Shown one piece after another: positions 55,944 through 64,000 of a DNA stretch of 64,000 nt (positions within the stretch are counted from its first letter, which is position 1; the number at the start of each line of letters is the position of its first letter). The notes beneath the pieces were generated by a model, which had not been told where the DNA came from, searched no databases, and saw only the letters and a program-made list of their open reading frames with translations. Made by a program: the position numbers and the translations under genes. The DNA is taken from positions 23,466 to 87,465 of the forward strand of contig JALSKH010000048.1 in NCBI GenBank assembly GCA_026988975.1. The letters run 5' to 3'. The stretch is from Campylobacteraceae bacterium. GTDB taxonomy: Bacteria > Campylobacterota > Campylobacteria > Campylobacterales > Sulfurospirillaceae.

Positions 55944-56639
55944 TTAATCCTTCATCTTTTTCTCTAATCGTCTTGAATATAAAGATATAGGGTAGGTAAG
56001 CAAAAGATATCCTATAGCCAAAGGTATATAGCTCTCAAGAGTTGAAAAAGTATATGAATTTACCTCTTGTGCATTCATGGTGAACTCATTTACAGATATG
56101 ATGGAAAGCAAAGAAGAGTCTTTGATGATAGATGCAAATTGACCTGTTAATGGAGGTATTATTCTTTTGTATGCTTGAGGAAAGATGATATATCTATATG
56201 TTTGAAAAGGTGTAAAGCCAAGTGAAAGTCCTGTTTCGTACTGCTCTTTTGATATGCTAAATATCGCTGCACGCATGATTTCACTTATATAAGCACCTGA
56301 AAATAACGCTAAGATAAGCACACCGGCAATGTATCTATTGTCCAGTCCTATATTTGCTGCTATCACATAAAAAAATATAAGAATTTGAACTAAAAGTGGC
56401 GTCCCTCTAATAGTCTCGATATAAAATCTAGAAAAAAATCTTAGTAAAATTATTTTTGAATTTTGTCCATATGCAAAAAAGAGACCGATAAAAAAACTAA
56501 GAACAAGAGAGAAGAAAGATATGTAGATAGTTGTTAGAAATCCATCTATAAATTTTTGTCTATATTCATAGACACTGCCCCAGTTAAAATTATAGCTTGT
56601 TCCTTTAAACATAAAATAAAAAAAGATGCCGATTATCAA
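55944..56639 (-). CDS. polar amino acid ABC transporter permease (the start may be ATG at 56612)
   Basis: HisM/GlnP-type permease with IETIRGTPLLVQIL and the EAA-like region MRAAIFSISKEQYETGLSLGF. Confidence 0.82.
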   Translation of the reverse strand: MIIGIFFYFMFKGTSYNFNWGSVYEYRQKFIDGFLTTIYISFFSLVLSFFIGLFFAYGQNSKIILLRFFSRFYIETIRGTPLLVQILIFFYVIAANIGLDNRYIAGVLILALFSGAYISEIMRAAIFSISKEQYETGLSLGFTPFQTYRYIIFPQAYKRIIPPLTGQFASIIKDSSLLSIISVNEFTMNAQEVNSYTFSTLESYIPLAIGYLLLTYPISLYSRRLEKKMKD

Positions 56640-56744
56640 AAAAAGCAGTATAAAATTGAAGATGTAAACGATAGATTTTACCTTTACGTCTTCTTTATAG
56701 TCGAGTTCCTGTATAAAAAATTGTTTTAGTTTAATAGTCTTTTC

Positions 56745-57536
56745 CTAAAAGAAAAATGGTATGTTCAGTTTAACAAATGTCTTTTTGATATCCTTTAGAT
56801 ATCTATATGCCAACTTATCAAATGTACCATCGCTCTTTGCTTTTTTTATAAACTCATTTATCTTTGCTTTTAGTTTTGGTTGATTTTGTCTTAAAGCAAT
56901 TCCCCAATATCCAGGCTTTTTTGTGATAGGCTGAAGCAGTGCAACAGTTGTTTTTGGATGGTTTTCCCAATCTCTATATATGGTTAATTGATCATATATA
57001 AATGCATCAGCTCTTTTTTGAATAACTTCCAAAACCGCTGAACTCTCTTTATCTAAAACTAAAACTTTTGCTTTTTTTAGATGATTAACCGCATAAATAT
57101 GTCCTGTAGTTCCTTTTTTAACGGCAACAACTTTGCCTTTTTGATTCAAATCTTTGACACTTTTTACACCAGAGGTAGGATTTGCCAATATGCACAAATC
57201 AGATTGCGCATAAGGAATAGAAAAATCTATAACTTTTTTTCTTTTATCTGTGATTGTCATAGATGAGATGATGATATCGATTTTTCCAGTCTTTAGTGAT
57301 GGTATCAACCCATCCCAAGCTATATTTTCGATTATAACTTTTCGTCCAAGATACTTTCCAAGCGACTTTGCCAAATCAACGCTTATGCCACTAGGTACTC
57401 CATTTTTATCACTCATTTCAAATGGAGGATATTGAAGTTCCATGCCAACCTTAAGTGGTGGCAAAGTAGATGCGCTTGCAAAAATAGGGTTTAAAAATAA
57501 AACCAACATAAAAGATATAAGACTTTTAAATAACAT
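56745..57536 (-). CDS. polar amino acid ABC transporter substrate-binding protein
   Basis: Signal peptide, LKVGMELQYPPFEM, GKIDIIISSMTIT (family 3 SBP). Confidence 0.85.
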   Translation of the reverse strand: MLFKSLISFMLVLFLNPIFASASTLPPLKVGMELQYPPFEMSDKNGVPSGISVDLAKSLGKYLGRKVIIENIAWDGLIPSLKTGKIDIIISSMTITDKRKKVIDFSIPYAQSDLCILANPTSGVKSVKDLNQKGKVVAVKKGTTGHIYAVNHLKKAKVLVLDKESSAVLEVIQKRADAFIYDQLTIYRDWENHPKTTVALLQPITKKPGYWGIALRQNQPKLKAKINEFIKKAKSDGTFDKLAYRYLKDIKKTFVKLNIPFFF

Positions 57537-57614
57537 AATTTCTCCTGATAGTTTAAGTGGGTAACATTATGGCAAAGTTATGATTATAAGTAAATTAAAT
57601 AAAAAAATTGAAGA

Positions 57615-57700
57615 TGGTACCTGAGGCCGGACTCGAACCGGCACGAGCAAAGCTCACAAGATTTTGAGTCTAGCGCGTCTACCAGTTTCACCACTCAGGC
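57615..57700 (-). tRNA. tRNA-Leu (anticodon CAA), type II with a long variable arm, CCA encoded
   Basis: The reverse complement reads GCCTGAGTGGTGAAACTGGTAGACGCG-CTAGA-CTCAAAA-TCTTG-...-GCCGGTTCGAGTCCGGC-CTCAGGT-A-CCA. Acceptor and T arms pair. The anticodon loop is CU-CAA-AA. There is one U-U mismatch in the anticodon stem. Confidence 0.9.
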
Positions 57701-57725
57701 ACCTGAAATAAGGTTGAAATGATAC

Positions 57726-57768
57726 AAAAAAAAAGCTTAAAGAGTGATTATATCATTTCTCTAAGCTT
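57726..57768 (-). terminator. rho-independent terminator of hup
   Basis: On the minus strand, the stem AAGCTTAGAG pairs with CTTTAAGCTT (10 bp, one G-U) and is followed by T9. Confidence 0.75.
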
Positions 57769-57786
57769 TTATATTTGCAACTATAA

Positions 57787-58065
57787 TTATGATTTTGCTA
57801 CTGCGTCTTTAAGTCTTTTACCTACTTTAAATTTTACGGCTGTTGTGGCTGGAACATCTACAACTCTATCAGTTCCAGGAACTCTCGCTGTTCTAGCGGC
57901 TCTTTTTGCTGTACTAAATGTACCAAAACCTATAAAACTAACATTTTTTCCAGCAACCAATGCTTCTTGTACTGCCTCAAGAGCTGCATCAACAACTTTT
58001 TGAGTATCTTTCTTAGAAAGTTCAGCTTTCTGAGAAACCGCTTGAATAAATTCTGCTTTTTTCAT
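57787..58065 (-). CDS. hup: HU-family DNA-binding protein
   Basis: MKKAEFIQAVSQKAELSKKD...GFGTFSTAKRAARTARVPGT...VKFKVGKRLKDAV. Confidence 0.92.
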   Translation of the reverse strand: MKKAEFIQAVSQKAELSKKDTQKVVDAALEAVQEALVAGKNVSFIGFGTFSTAKRAARTARVPGTDRVVDVPATTAVKFKVGKRLKDAVAKS

Positions 58066-58144
58066 TCTACAATCCTTTTAAAATAATGTATTTCAGGCAT
58101 TGTACACTTTTTTTTAAAAAAAAACAATAATTTTTCATAAAAAC

Positions 58145-58171
58145 TAAATAAAAATGCGAAAAAACCGATAT
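58145..58171 (+). promoter_or_regulatory. sigma28 (FliA)-type promoter for flgL
   Basis: TAAA-N15-ACCGATAT, about 70 nt upstream of the flgL ATG. Confidence 0.6.
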
Positions 58172-58242
58172 TTTTGTTACTAGGAACTAAGATTGCTTAT
58201 AGAAATGCATGAGCAATGTGTACACCAAAACAGGATATAACA

Positions 58243-60174
58243 ATGAGAGTAACGGATTCACTTTTTTATCAAAATAGCACAAATAGCTATCAAGATAGTT
58301 TAAAAAAACTTTATGATGTAAACGCCCAGATGTCTTCAGGCAGTAAAATTCAAAACAGTTATGAAGATAGTAGTATATATGTAGATACTATGCGACTAAA
58401 TAATGAGATATCCACGCTAAGTCAAGTTAAAAAAAGTAGTTCTAAAGCTCAAACTTTTGCGAACAACACTGATGAATCAATGAATCAGTTTAGCGATACT
58501 TTGACAAAATTTAAAGCAAAACTTATACAAGCTGCAAATGCAACAAATTCTCCAACGAGTCTTGAAGCTATAGCAAATGATTTGAGTGCTATGCGTGATC
58601 ATTTGGTAAGCGTAGCAAATACATCAATAGATGGAGAGTTTCTTTTTTCAGGTTCAGCCATGGATGTAAAGCCTGTAAACAGTGATGGAAGTTACAACGG
58701 AAACGAGCAAAGCATGACATCCTTGGTGGGTTCAGATGTAAAATTACCATACAATGTTGATGGAAATTCACTGTTTTTGGGAAAAGATAGTGATTATAAA
58801 AAGATAGTTTCAACAAATGTAAAAATGTATAGTGATGTAGATAAAACTAAAATTTTGAAACCTAGTGATACGATAGAAGACTTGATGTTAAATAATGGAG
58901 GTGGAACAACACAGTCTACCGCATATTTTTATATCCAAGGAAAAAATAGCGATGGAAGTTCATTTAAAAATAAGTTGGGTATAAATACAGCAGATACAGT
59001 TGATTCTCTTTTGTCTGGCATAAAAGATTCATTTATGCCCTCAGATAGCGTAAATGTTTCACTTAATAGTAGTGGACAAATAGAGATAGAAGATAAGACA
59101 AATGGAAAACAATCATTGGATTTTAGTATGGTAGCTTCATATACTGATAATACTGATGTTGATAGTTTAAGCAATGTTGTATCTTTTGTAAAAAGTGGAT
59201 TTAATCCTTCCCCGGATGCCTCAAGCGAAAATGTCTCATTTGACAGAAATTATTTCACAGTTAGTGGCAATAAATTAACTTCTAATGTGTCACAAGTGGA
59301 TAAAACTGACAATTCGTATGCAACAGCCAAGACATTGCTAGTAGATGGTTCGGGAGTATCATCATTAGATGGAAAGACTCTTGATTTAAAATTAGACAAT
59401 ATAAATGGAGCTAGCAACAATAATGTGCAAATAGATTTTCATGCTGCTGGTTCAACATTCTCACTAGATGGTGGAACAACAAATTATAATATCTATGCTG
59501 CAGATGGAAGTGTCGTTGATGCAAATAAGATGACATATCAGCAGTTAAATGATGTTGTGTCTATGATTGTATCAAACAATATACCCACAACTAATGATAA
59601 AAGTGGCTACGACACTGCTGTTGTAAATTCGAGAGATAGTGTTGATGTGTCTTTGGATTACAGAGGAAGAGTAGAGATAAAAGACAAAACAAATCCATCG
59701 ACAAAGATAAAATTTTCTATGTATGATAGTGTTAGTGATGATTTCAGTAGCACAACCGGAAACTCTCTCTCTTTTATGTCAAATAATTCGATAGCAATAG
59801 ATGAACCAAGTGTTGATCTGTTTAAAGATTTGGACAAAATGATATCAGCCGTAAGAGATGGAAAATTTTCTATGGATAGCACTAAAGGCAATCCAAGAAA
59901 TCCAGGAATTGAAAACTCTCTACTTAGAATCGATCACATAAGTGACCACATAGAGAAGCTACATACAAAGATAGGTTCATACTCAAATGCATTGCAAAAT
60001 GCTAGTGATAGAGCGGATTTTTTAAGCATAAATGTCAAAACTATTAGAAGCCAGGTAGCAGATGTAGATATAGGAGAGGCTTATATGAAATTTACACAGA
60101 TTAGCAACTCTTATCAGGCGACACTCTCTACAATCGCAAAGATAAATTCTATGTCTCTACTAAAATACATGTAA
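58243..60174 (+). CDS. flgL: flagellar hook-associated protein 3 FlgL
   Basis: Flagellin-like N-terminus MRVTDSLFYQNSTNSYQ and C-terminus DVDIGEAYMKFTQISNSYQATLSTIAKINSMSLLKYM, with a long variable centre. ATG at 58243 is preferred over 58216. Confidence 0.85.
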   Translation: MRVTDSLFYQNSTNSYQDSLKKLYDVNAQMSSGSKIQNSYEDSSIYVDTMRLNNEISTLSQVKKSSSKAQTFANNTDESMNQFSDTLTKFKAKLIQAANATNSPTSLEAIANDLSAMRDHLVSVANTSIDGEFLFSGSAMDVKPVNSDGSYNGNEQSMTSLVGSDVKLPYNVDGNSLFLGKDSDYKKIVSTNVKMYSDVDKTKILKPSDTIEDLMLNNGGGTTQSTAYFYIQGKNSDGSSFKNKLGINTADTVDSLLSGIKDSFMPSDSVNVSLNSSGQIEIEDKTNGKQSLDFSMVASYTDNTDVDSLSNVVSFVKSGFNPSPDASSENVSFDRNYFTVSGNKLTSNVSQVDKTDNSYATAKTLLVDGSGVSSLDGKTLDLKLDNINGASNNNVQIDFHAAGSTFSLDGGTTNYNIYAADGSVVDANKMTYQQLNDVVSMIVSNNIPTTNDKSGYDTAVVNSRDSVDVSLDYRGRVEIKDKTNPSTKIKFSMYDSVSDDFSSTTGNSLSFMSNNSIAIDEPSVDLFKDLDKMISAVRDGKFSMDSTKGNPRNPGIENSLLRIDHISDHIEKLHTKIGSYSNALQNASDRADFLSINVKTIRSQVADVDIGEAYMKFTQISNSYQATLSTIAKINSMSLLKYM

Positions 60175-60321
60175 TTTGCTATAATACGCTTTTATTATCT
60201 ATATTTAGAAGGATTTGACATTTTAAAAGAGACTATTTTTGTTATTGCTGTTGCATTTTTTGTTTTTTTAGGAATCTCTACTATTTTAGTAGATGCCTCT
60301 ATAGTTGGTGTTTATGGTTCG

Positions 60322-62295
60322 ATGTTGGGAAGAGGCAATCTGCATCTGTTTGGATATATTTCATATATTTATCCATTCTTATTGATCGTTTTATCCTACT
60401 TTGTATATAAACAGACTAAATTTGACACTAGACGAGTGGAGATTTATCTGGCGTCAACTCTCCTTTTTGCCTCTTTGTTGATGATTCAATCTTTGCTAAT
60501 ACATAAAAATGGACTCATAGGCTACGCTATAACAGAATCAATCATATCTTTTATCGGAATCGCTGGAGTTTGGATAACTATAGTAGCTATCATCTCTTTA
60601 TGCTTTGTCATGCTGTTAGATATAGGTTTTGACGAGATTTTTTCTTCTTTTGATTTTAAAAATAGCAACAATACAAAGAAAAAAAGCGAACAGTTTGAAG
60701 TCAGAGAAGTTTCTAAAAAAGTAAAAAAACCTATACAAAAAGCAGAAACTCAAAAAAATAGTGAGACAAAAGAAGAGATAAAAGACGAGAAACAAAAAGA
60801 GGGCGAGAAAACTACCAGACAAGGTGTTGAAATCTTGGATGTTGTAGAAGAAAATAAAAAATTACTTGAAGAGATAGACCAAGGTGAAGTTGATAAGCCT
60901 AAAAATTATAAACTTCCGCCACTAAAATTTTTAACAGATCCTCCAAAAAGACAATCACATGTAAATGAGAGCGAAATTGATCAAAAGATATCTGATTTAT
61001 TGGATAAATTAAGAAGATTTAAGATTGATGGAGATGTTGTTCGAACCTACTCTGGTCCTGTTGTTACAACATTTGAGTTTAAGCCGGCTCCTCATATAAA
61101 AGTTTCGAAGATTTTAACACTGCAAGATGATCTAGCTATGGCATTAAAGGCTCAGACTATCCGTATCCAAGCTCCAGTTCCGGGCAAAGATGTCGTTGGG
61201 ATTGAAGTGCCAAATAAAAAGATAGAGACTATCTATCTAAAAGAGATACTTCAAAGTGATATATATAAAAATTCATCATCTCCTCTTACTATAGCACTAG
61301 GCAAGGATATAGTAGGCAATCCATTTGTAACAGATTTGAAAAAACTTCCACATCTCTTGATAGCAGGAACAACAGGAAGCGGTAAAAGTGTCGGCATAAA
61401 TGCTATGCTTCTCTCTTTACTGTACCGAAATTCGCCAGATACTCTAAAACTTTTGATGATAGATCCAAAGATGTTGGAGTTTTCTATCTACAATGACATA
61501 CCTCATCTCTTGACTCCAGTCATCACAAAACCAAAAAATGCAATCATAGCTTTAGCAAATATGGTCTCAGAGATGGAGCGAAGATATAAGATACTCAGTC
61601 AATCAAAAACAAAAAATATAGAAAATTACAATGAAAAAGCCAAGAAGATTGGAGCGCCACATCTGCCTTATATCGTTATCATTATAGACGAACTGGCAGA
61701 TTTGATGATGACAAGCGGTAAAGAGGTAGAATTTTATGTTTCAAGACTCGCCCAGATGGCAAGGGCTAGTGGTATTCATCTTTTAGTAGCCACTCAAAGA
61801 CCTTCAGTTGATGTAGTAACAGGTCTTATAAAAGCAAATCTACCATCAAGAATAAGCTTTAAAGTAGGGCAAAAAATAGATAGTAAAGTTATACTGGACG
61901 CAAGTGGTGCCGACTCACTGCTTGGTCGAGGAGATATGCTTTTTACACCTCCGGGAAGCTCTGGATTGGTGAGGCTTCATGCACCATTTGCCAGTGAAGA
62001 TGAGATAGAAAAAGTCGTAGAATACCTCAAAAAACAACAACCAGTTGAGTATGATGAAAGTTTTTTGAAAGAGAGCGAATCCGCAACCTCTAGTGCTGCT
62101 AGTGTTGATGATGAGATAGATGAACTCTTTGAAGATGCAAAAAATATAGTCCTAAATGAGAAAAAATGCTCAATCAGCTACATTCAAAGAAAACTTCAGA
62201 TAGGTTACAACCGTGCAGCTAGAATCGTAGAGCAACTTGAAGCTACAGGGGTACTATCATCTCCAAATTCAAAGGGACAAAGAGAGATTTTATAA
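60322..62295 (+). CDS. ftsK: DNA translocase FtsK (the N-terminus probably extends upstream to about 60220)
   Basis: N-terminal TM helices, a charged linker, motor domain with Walker A GTTGSGKS and Walker B IIIDELADL, and a C-terminal gamma winged helix (SISYIQRKLQIGYNRAARIVEQLE). Confidence 0.9.
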   Translation: MLGRGNLHLFGYISYIYPFLLIVLSYFVYKQTKFDTRRVEIYLASTLLFASLLMIQSLLIHKNGLIGYAITESIISFIGIAGVWITIVAIISLCFVMLLDIGFDEIFSSFDFKNSNNTKKKSEQFEVREVSKKVKKPIQKAETQKNSETKEEIKDEKQKEGEKTTRQGVEILDVVEENKKLLEEIDQGEVDKPKNYKLPPLKFLTDPPKRQSHVNESEIDQKISDLLDKLRRFKIDGDVVRTYSGPVVTTFEFKPAPHIKVSKILTLQDDLAMALKAQTIRIQAPVPGKDVVGIEVPNKKIETIYLKEILQSDIYKNSSSPLTIALGKDIVGNPFVTDLKKLPHLLIAGTTGSGKSVGINAMLLSLLYRNSPDTLKLLMIDPKMLEFSIYNDIPHLLTPVITKPKNAIIALANMVSEMERRYKILSQSKTKNIENYNEKAKKIGAPHLPYIVIIIDELADLMMTSGKEVEFYVSRLAQMARASGIHLLVATQRPSVDVVTGLIKANLPSRISFKVGQKIDSKVILDASGADSLLGRGDMLFTPPGSSGLVRLHAPFASEDEIEKVVEYLKKQQPVEYDESFLKESESATSSAASVDDEIDELFEDAKNIVLNEKKCSISYIQRKLQIGYNRAARIVEQLEATGVLSSPNSKGQREIL

Positions 62296-62373
62296 TTTTT
62301 AAATAACTTTGTGATACAATAATCCTAAAGGATATCTATTACTAGAGATATCCTAAAATTTAGGAGTTATAGT

Positions 62374-64000
62374 ATGGATTATTTAAAAGTATATAATGAC
62401 CATGTTTTAGAGCGTTCGAGTCTTGGTGTTCCACCTCTTCCATTAGATGCACAGCAAACTGCCAGAGTTGTAGAATCACTTAAAAAAGGCGAGGGAGATC
62501 AAGAAGTTTTGTTGGAACTCTTGATGCATAGAGTAAGCCCAGGAGTTGATGATGCGGCTTATGTAAAAGCAGCTTTTTTAAACGCTATCGTAAAAAAAGA
62601 GGTTGAGTGTGTAGCTATCACTTCTCTTAAAGCGGTTGAAATTTTAGGAACTATGCTTGGTGGCTATAATGTCCAGCCTTTGGTAGATGCGCTTAGCAGT
62701 GATGATAAATTTGTAGCAATTGCCGCTAGCGATGCACTTAAAAAGACTATTTTGGTATATAGCTCATTCAATGATGTCGAAGAGTTAGCAAAAACAAACT
62801 CATATGCAAAAGATGTACTAGAGTCTTGGGCAAAAGCCCAGTGGTTTACCTCAAAGGAACCAATCCCTACAAAAATTACCGTAGCAGTTTTAAGAGTTCC
62901 AGGAGAGACAAATACTGATGATTTGAGCCCGGCTAGCGAAGCATTTACTAGAAGCGATATTCCTCTACATGCCCAATGTATGCTAGAGAAAAAACTTCCC
63001 GATGCAAGAGAAAAAATCAAAGAGTTTCAAGCCAAAGGTTATGCCGTAGCATATGTTGGTGATGTTGTAGGTACAGGAAGCAGTAGAAAATCAGGTATAA
63101 ACTCAGTGCAGTGGTGGATAGGAAAAGAGATACCGTTTGTTCCAAATAAAAAAACTGGTGGATTGATTTTGGGAAATACTATAGCACCTATATTTTTCAA
63201 TACTGCTGAAGATAGTGGAGCTTTGCCTATAGAAGTTGATGTTTCAGCACTCCAAACAGGAGATATCATAGATGTTTATCCATTTGAAGGAAAGATAGAA
63301 AAAAATGGTGAAGTTGTTGCTACATTTAAACTCACACCAAATACCCTAGCAGACGAGTACAGAGCAGGCGGTAGAATTCCACTTATAATTGGAAGAGGAT
63401 TAACCGCAAAGGCAAGAGAATCATTAGGCTTAGATGCAGAAGAAATTTTTGAAAAACCAGAACAACCAGCAGACAACTCAAGCGGTTATACTCACGCTCA
63501 AAAGATAGTGGGACTTGCTTGTGGTGTTGAAGGAGTAAGGGCAGGAATGTATATAGAGCCTATAACTTCAACTGTCGGAAGCCAAGATACAACGGGACCT
63601 ATGACTAGAGATGAGATAAAAGAGTTAGCAGCTTTGGGCTTCAATGCTGATTTGGTTTTGCAGACATTTTGTCATACAGCAGCTTATCCGAAGCCTAGTG
63701 ATGTTCAGATGCAACACACACTTCCGAGTTTTATGACAACAAGAGGCGGAGTAAGTCTTAAGCCAGGTGATGGCGTTATACACTCATGGTTAAATCGTAT
63801 GGTTTTACCTGATAGCGTAGGAACAGGTGGGGATTCTCATACTAGGTTTCCTATAGGTATATCATTTCCTGCAGGAAGTGGGCTTGTCGCCTTTGCCGCA
63901 GTTACGGGAAGTATGCCTCTAAATATGCCTGAGTCAGTTTTGGTTAGATTTACAGGTGAGCTTCAACCAGGAATCACGCTAAGAGACTTAGTAAATGCCA
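62374..64000 (+). CDS. acnB: aconitate hydratase B (bifunctional aconitase 2/2-methylisocitrate dehydratase), 3' end outside window
   Basis: Not in the ORF track because it has no stop in the window. The frame is open from ATG 62374 (AGGAG 7 nt upstream) to the window end. [28 protein letters not shown]..., a HEAT-like N-domain, then [10 protein letters not shown] and [13 protein letters not shown]. Confidence 0.9.
   Translation, partial: MDYLKVYNDHVLERSSLGVPPLPLDAQQTARVVESLKKGEGDQEVLLELLMHRVSPGVDDAAYVKAAFLNAIVKKEVECVAITSLKAVEILGTMLGGYNVQPLVDALSSDDKFVAIAASDALKKTILVYSSFNDVEELAKTNSYAKDVLESWAKAQWFTSKEPIPTKITVAVLRVPGETNTDDLSPASEAFTRSDIPLHAQCMLEKKLPDAREKIKEFQAKGYAVAYVGDVVGTGSSRKSGINSVQWWIGKEIPFVPNKKTGGLILGNTIAPIFFNTAEDSGALPIEVDVSALQTGDIIDVYPFEGKIEKNGEVVATFKLTPNTLADEYRAGGRIPLIIGRGLTAKARESLGLDAEEIFEKPEQPADNSSGYTHAQKIVGLACGVEGVRAGMYIEPITSTVGSQDTTGPMTRDEIKELAALGFNADLVLQTFCHTAAYPKPSDVQMQHTLPSFMTTRGGVSLKPGDGVIHSWLNRMVLPDSVGTGGDSHTRFPIGISFPAGSGLVAFAAVTGSMPLNMPESVLVRFTGELQPGITLRDLVNA

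Noticed and set aside
1-64000. Search for defence systems, toxin-antitoxin pairs, prophage or integrase genes, CRISPR-Cas, or secondary-metabolite clusters
   Set aside because: Every ORF above about 100 aa is accounted for by housekeeping, motility, transport or signalling functions, or is an unremarkable small hypothetical. No nuclease, helicase, ATPase, reverse-transcriptase or integrase signatures were seen outside known genes.

Overview
This is a 64-kb chromosomal window from a low-GC, flagellated Campylobacterota (epsilonproteobacterium). The flgI-flgJ-flgM-flgN-flgK order matches what I recall for Campylobacter jejuni. About 70 tightly packed genes are mostly housekeeping. In order they are: truD (5' truncated) and rnpB; a methyltransferase and an EamA transporter; an iorA-iorB operon with two phenylacetate-CoA ligase paralogs and an ACT protein; a c-di-GMP/chemoreceptor cluster (GGDEF, two MCPs, GGDEF-EAL); a LIV-type ABC transporter; flaG-fliD-fliS; rsmD; pstSCAB-phoU with a PhoB/PhoR-like two-component system; a decayed AEC transporter gene; flgI-J-M-N-K; an orphan ABC permease and a DUF2400 protein; atpB; gatB; a K+ channel with a separate RCK protein; gpsA; a pyrC-like gene; truA, lptF/G, a prepilin peptidase, uppS, coaBC and glmU; motA-motB-fliP; a second two-component system next to two small secreted proteins; an amino-acid ABC transporter; tRNA-Leu(CAA); hup; flgL; ftsK; and acnB (3' truncated). 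I found no CRISPR array, prophage, recognisable defence system, toxin-antitoxin pair or transposase gene. The signal that ordinary annotation does not explain is non-coding: three families of long hairpin-forming repeats. (1) A perfect 73-nt module occurs twice inside the RNase P RNA gene, at the P3 and P12 positions. (2) Family A is an 80-110 nt element with a sequence-conserved 38-nt loop and a stem that covaries between copies; there are three copies. (3) Family B is a ~266-bp MITE-like element with 30-37 bp terminal inverted repeats and two long internal hairpins carrying conserved internal-loop motifs. It has two full copies and one terminal remnant. One full copy has a 7-bp target-site duplication and splits the AEC transporter gene. 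All functional calls rest on motif recognition by eye; no database search was possible.
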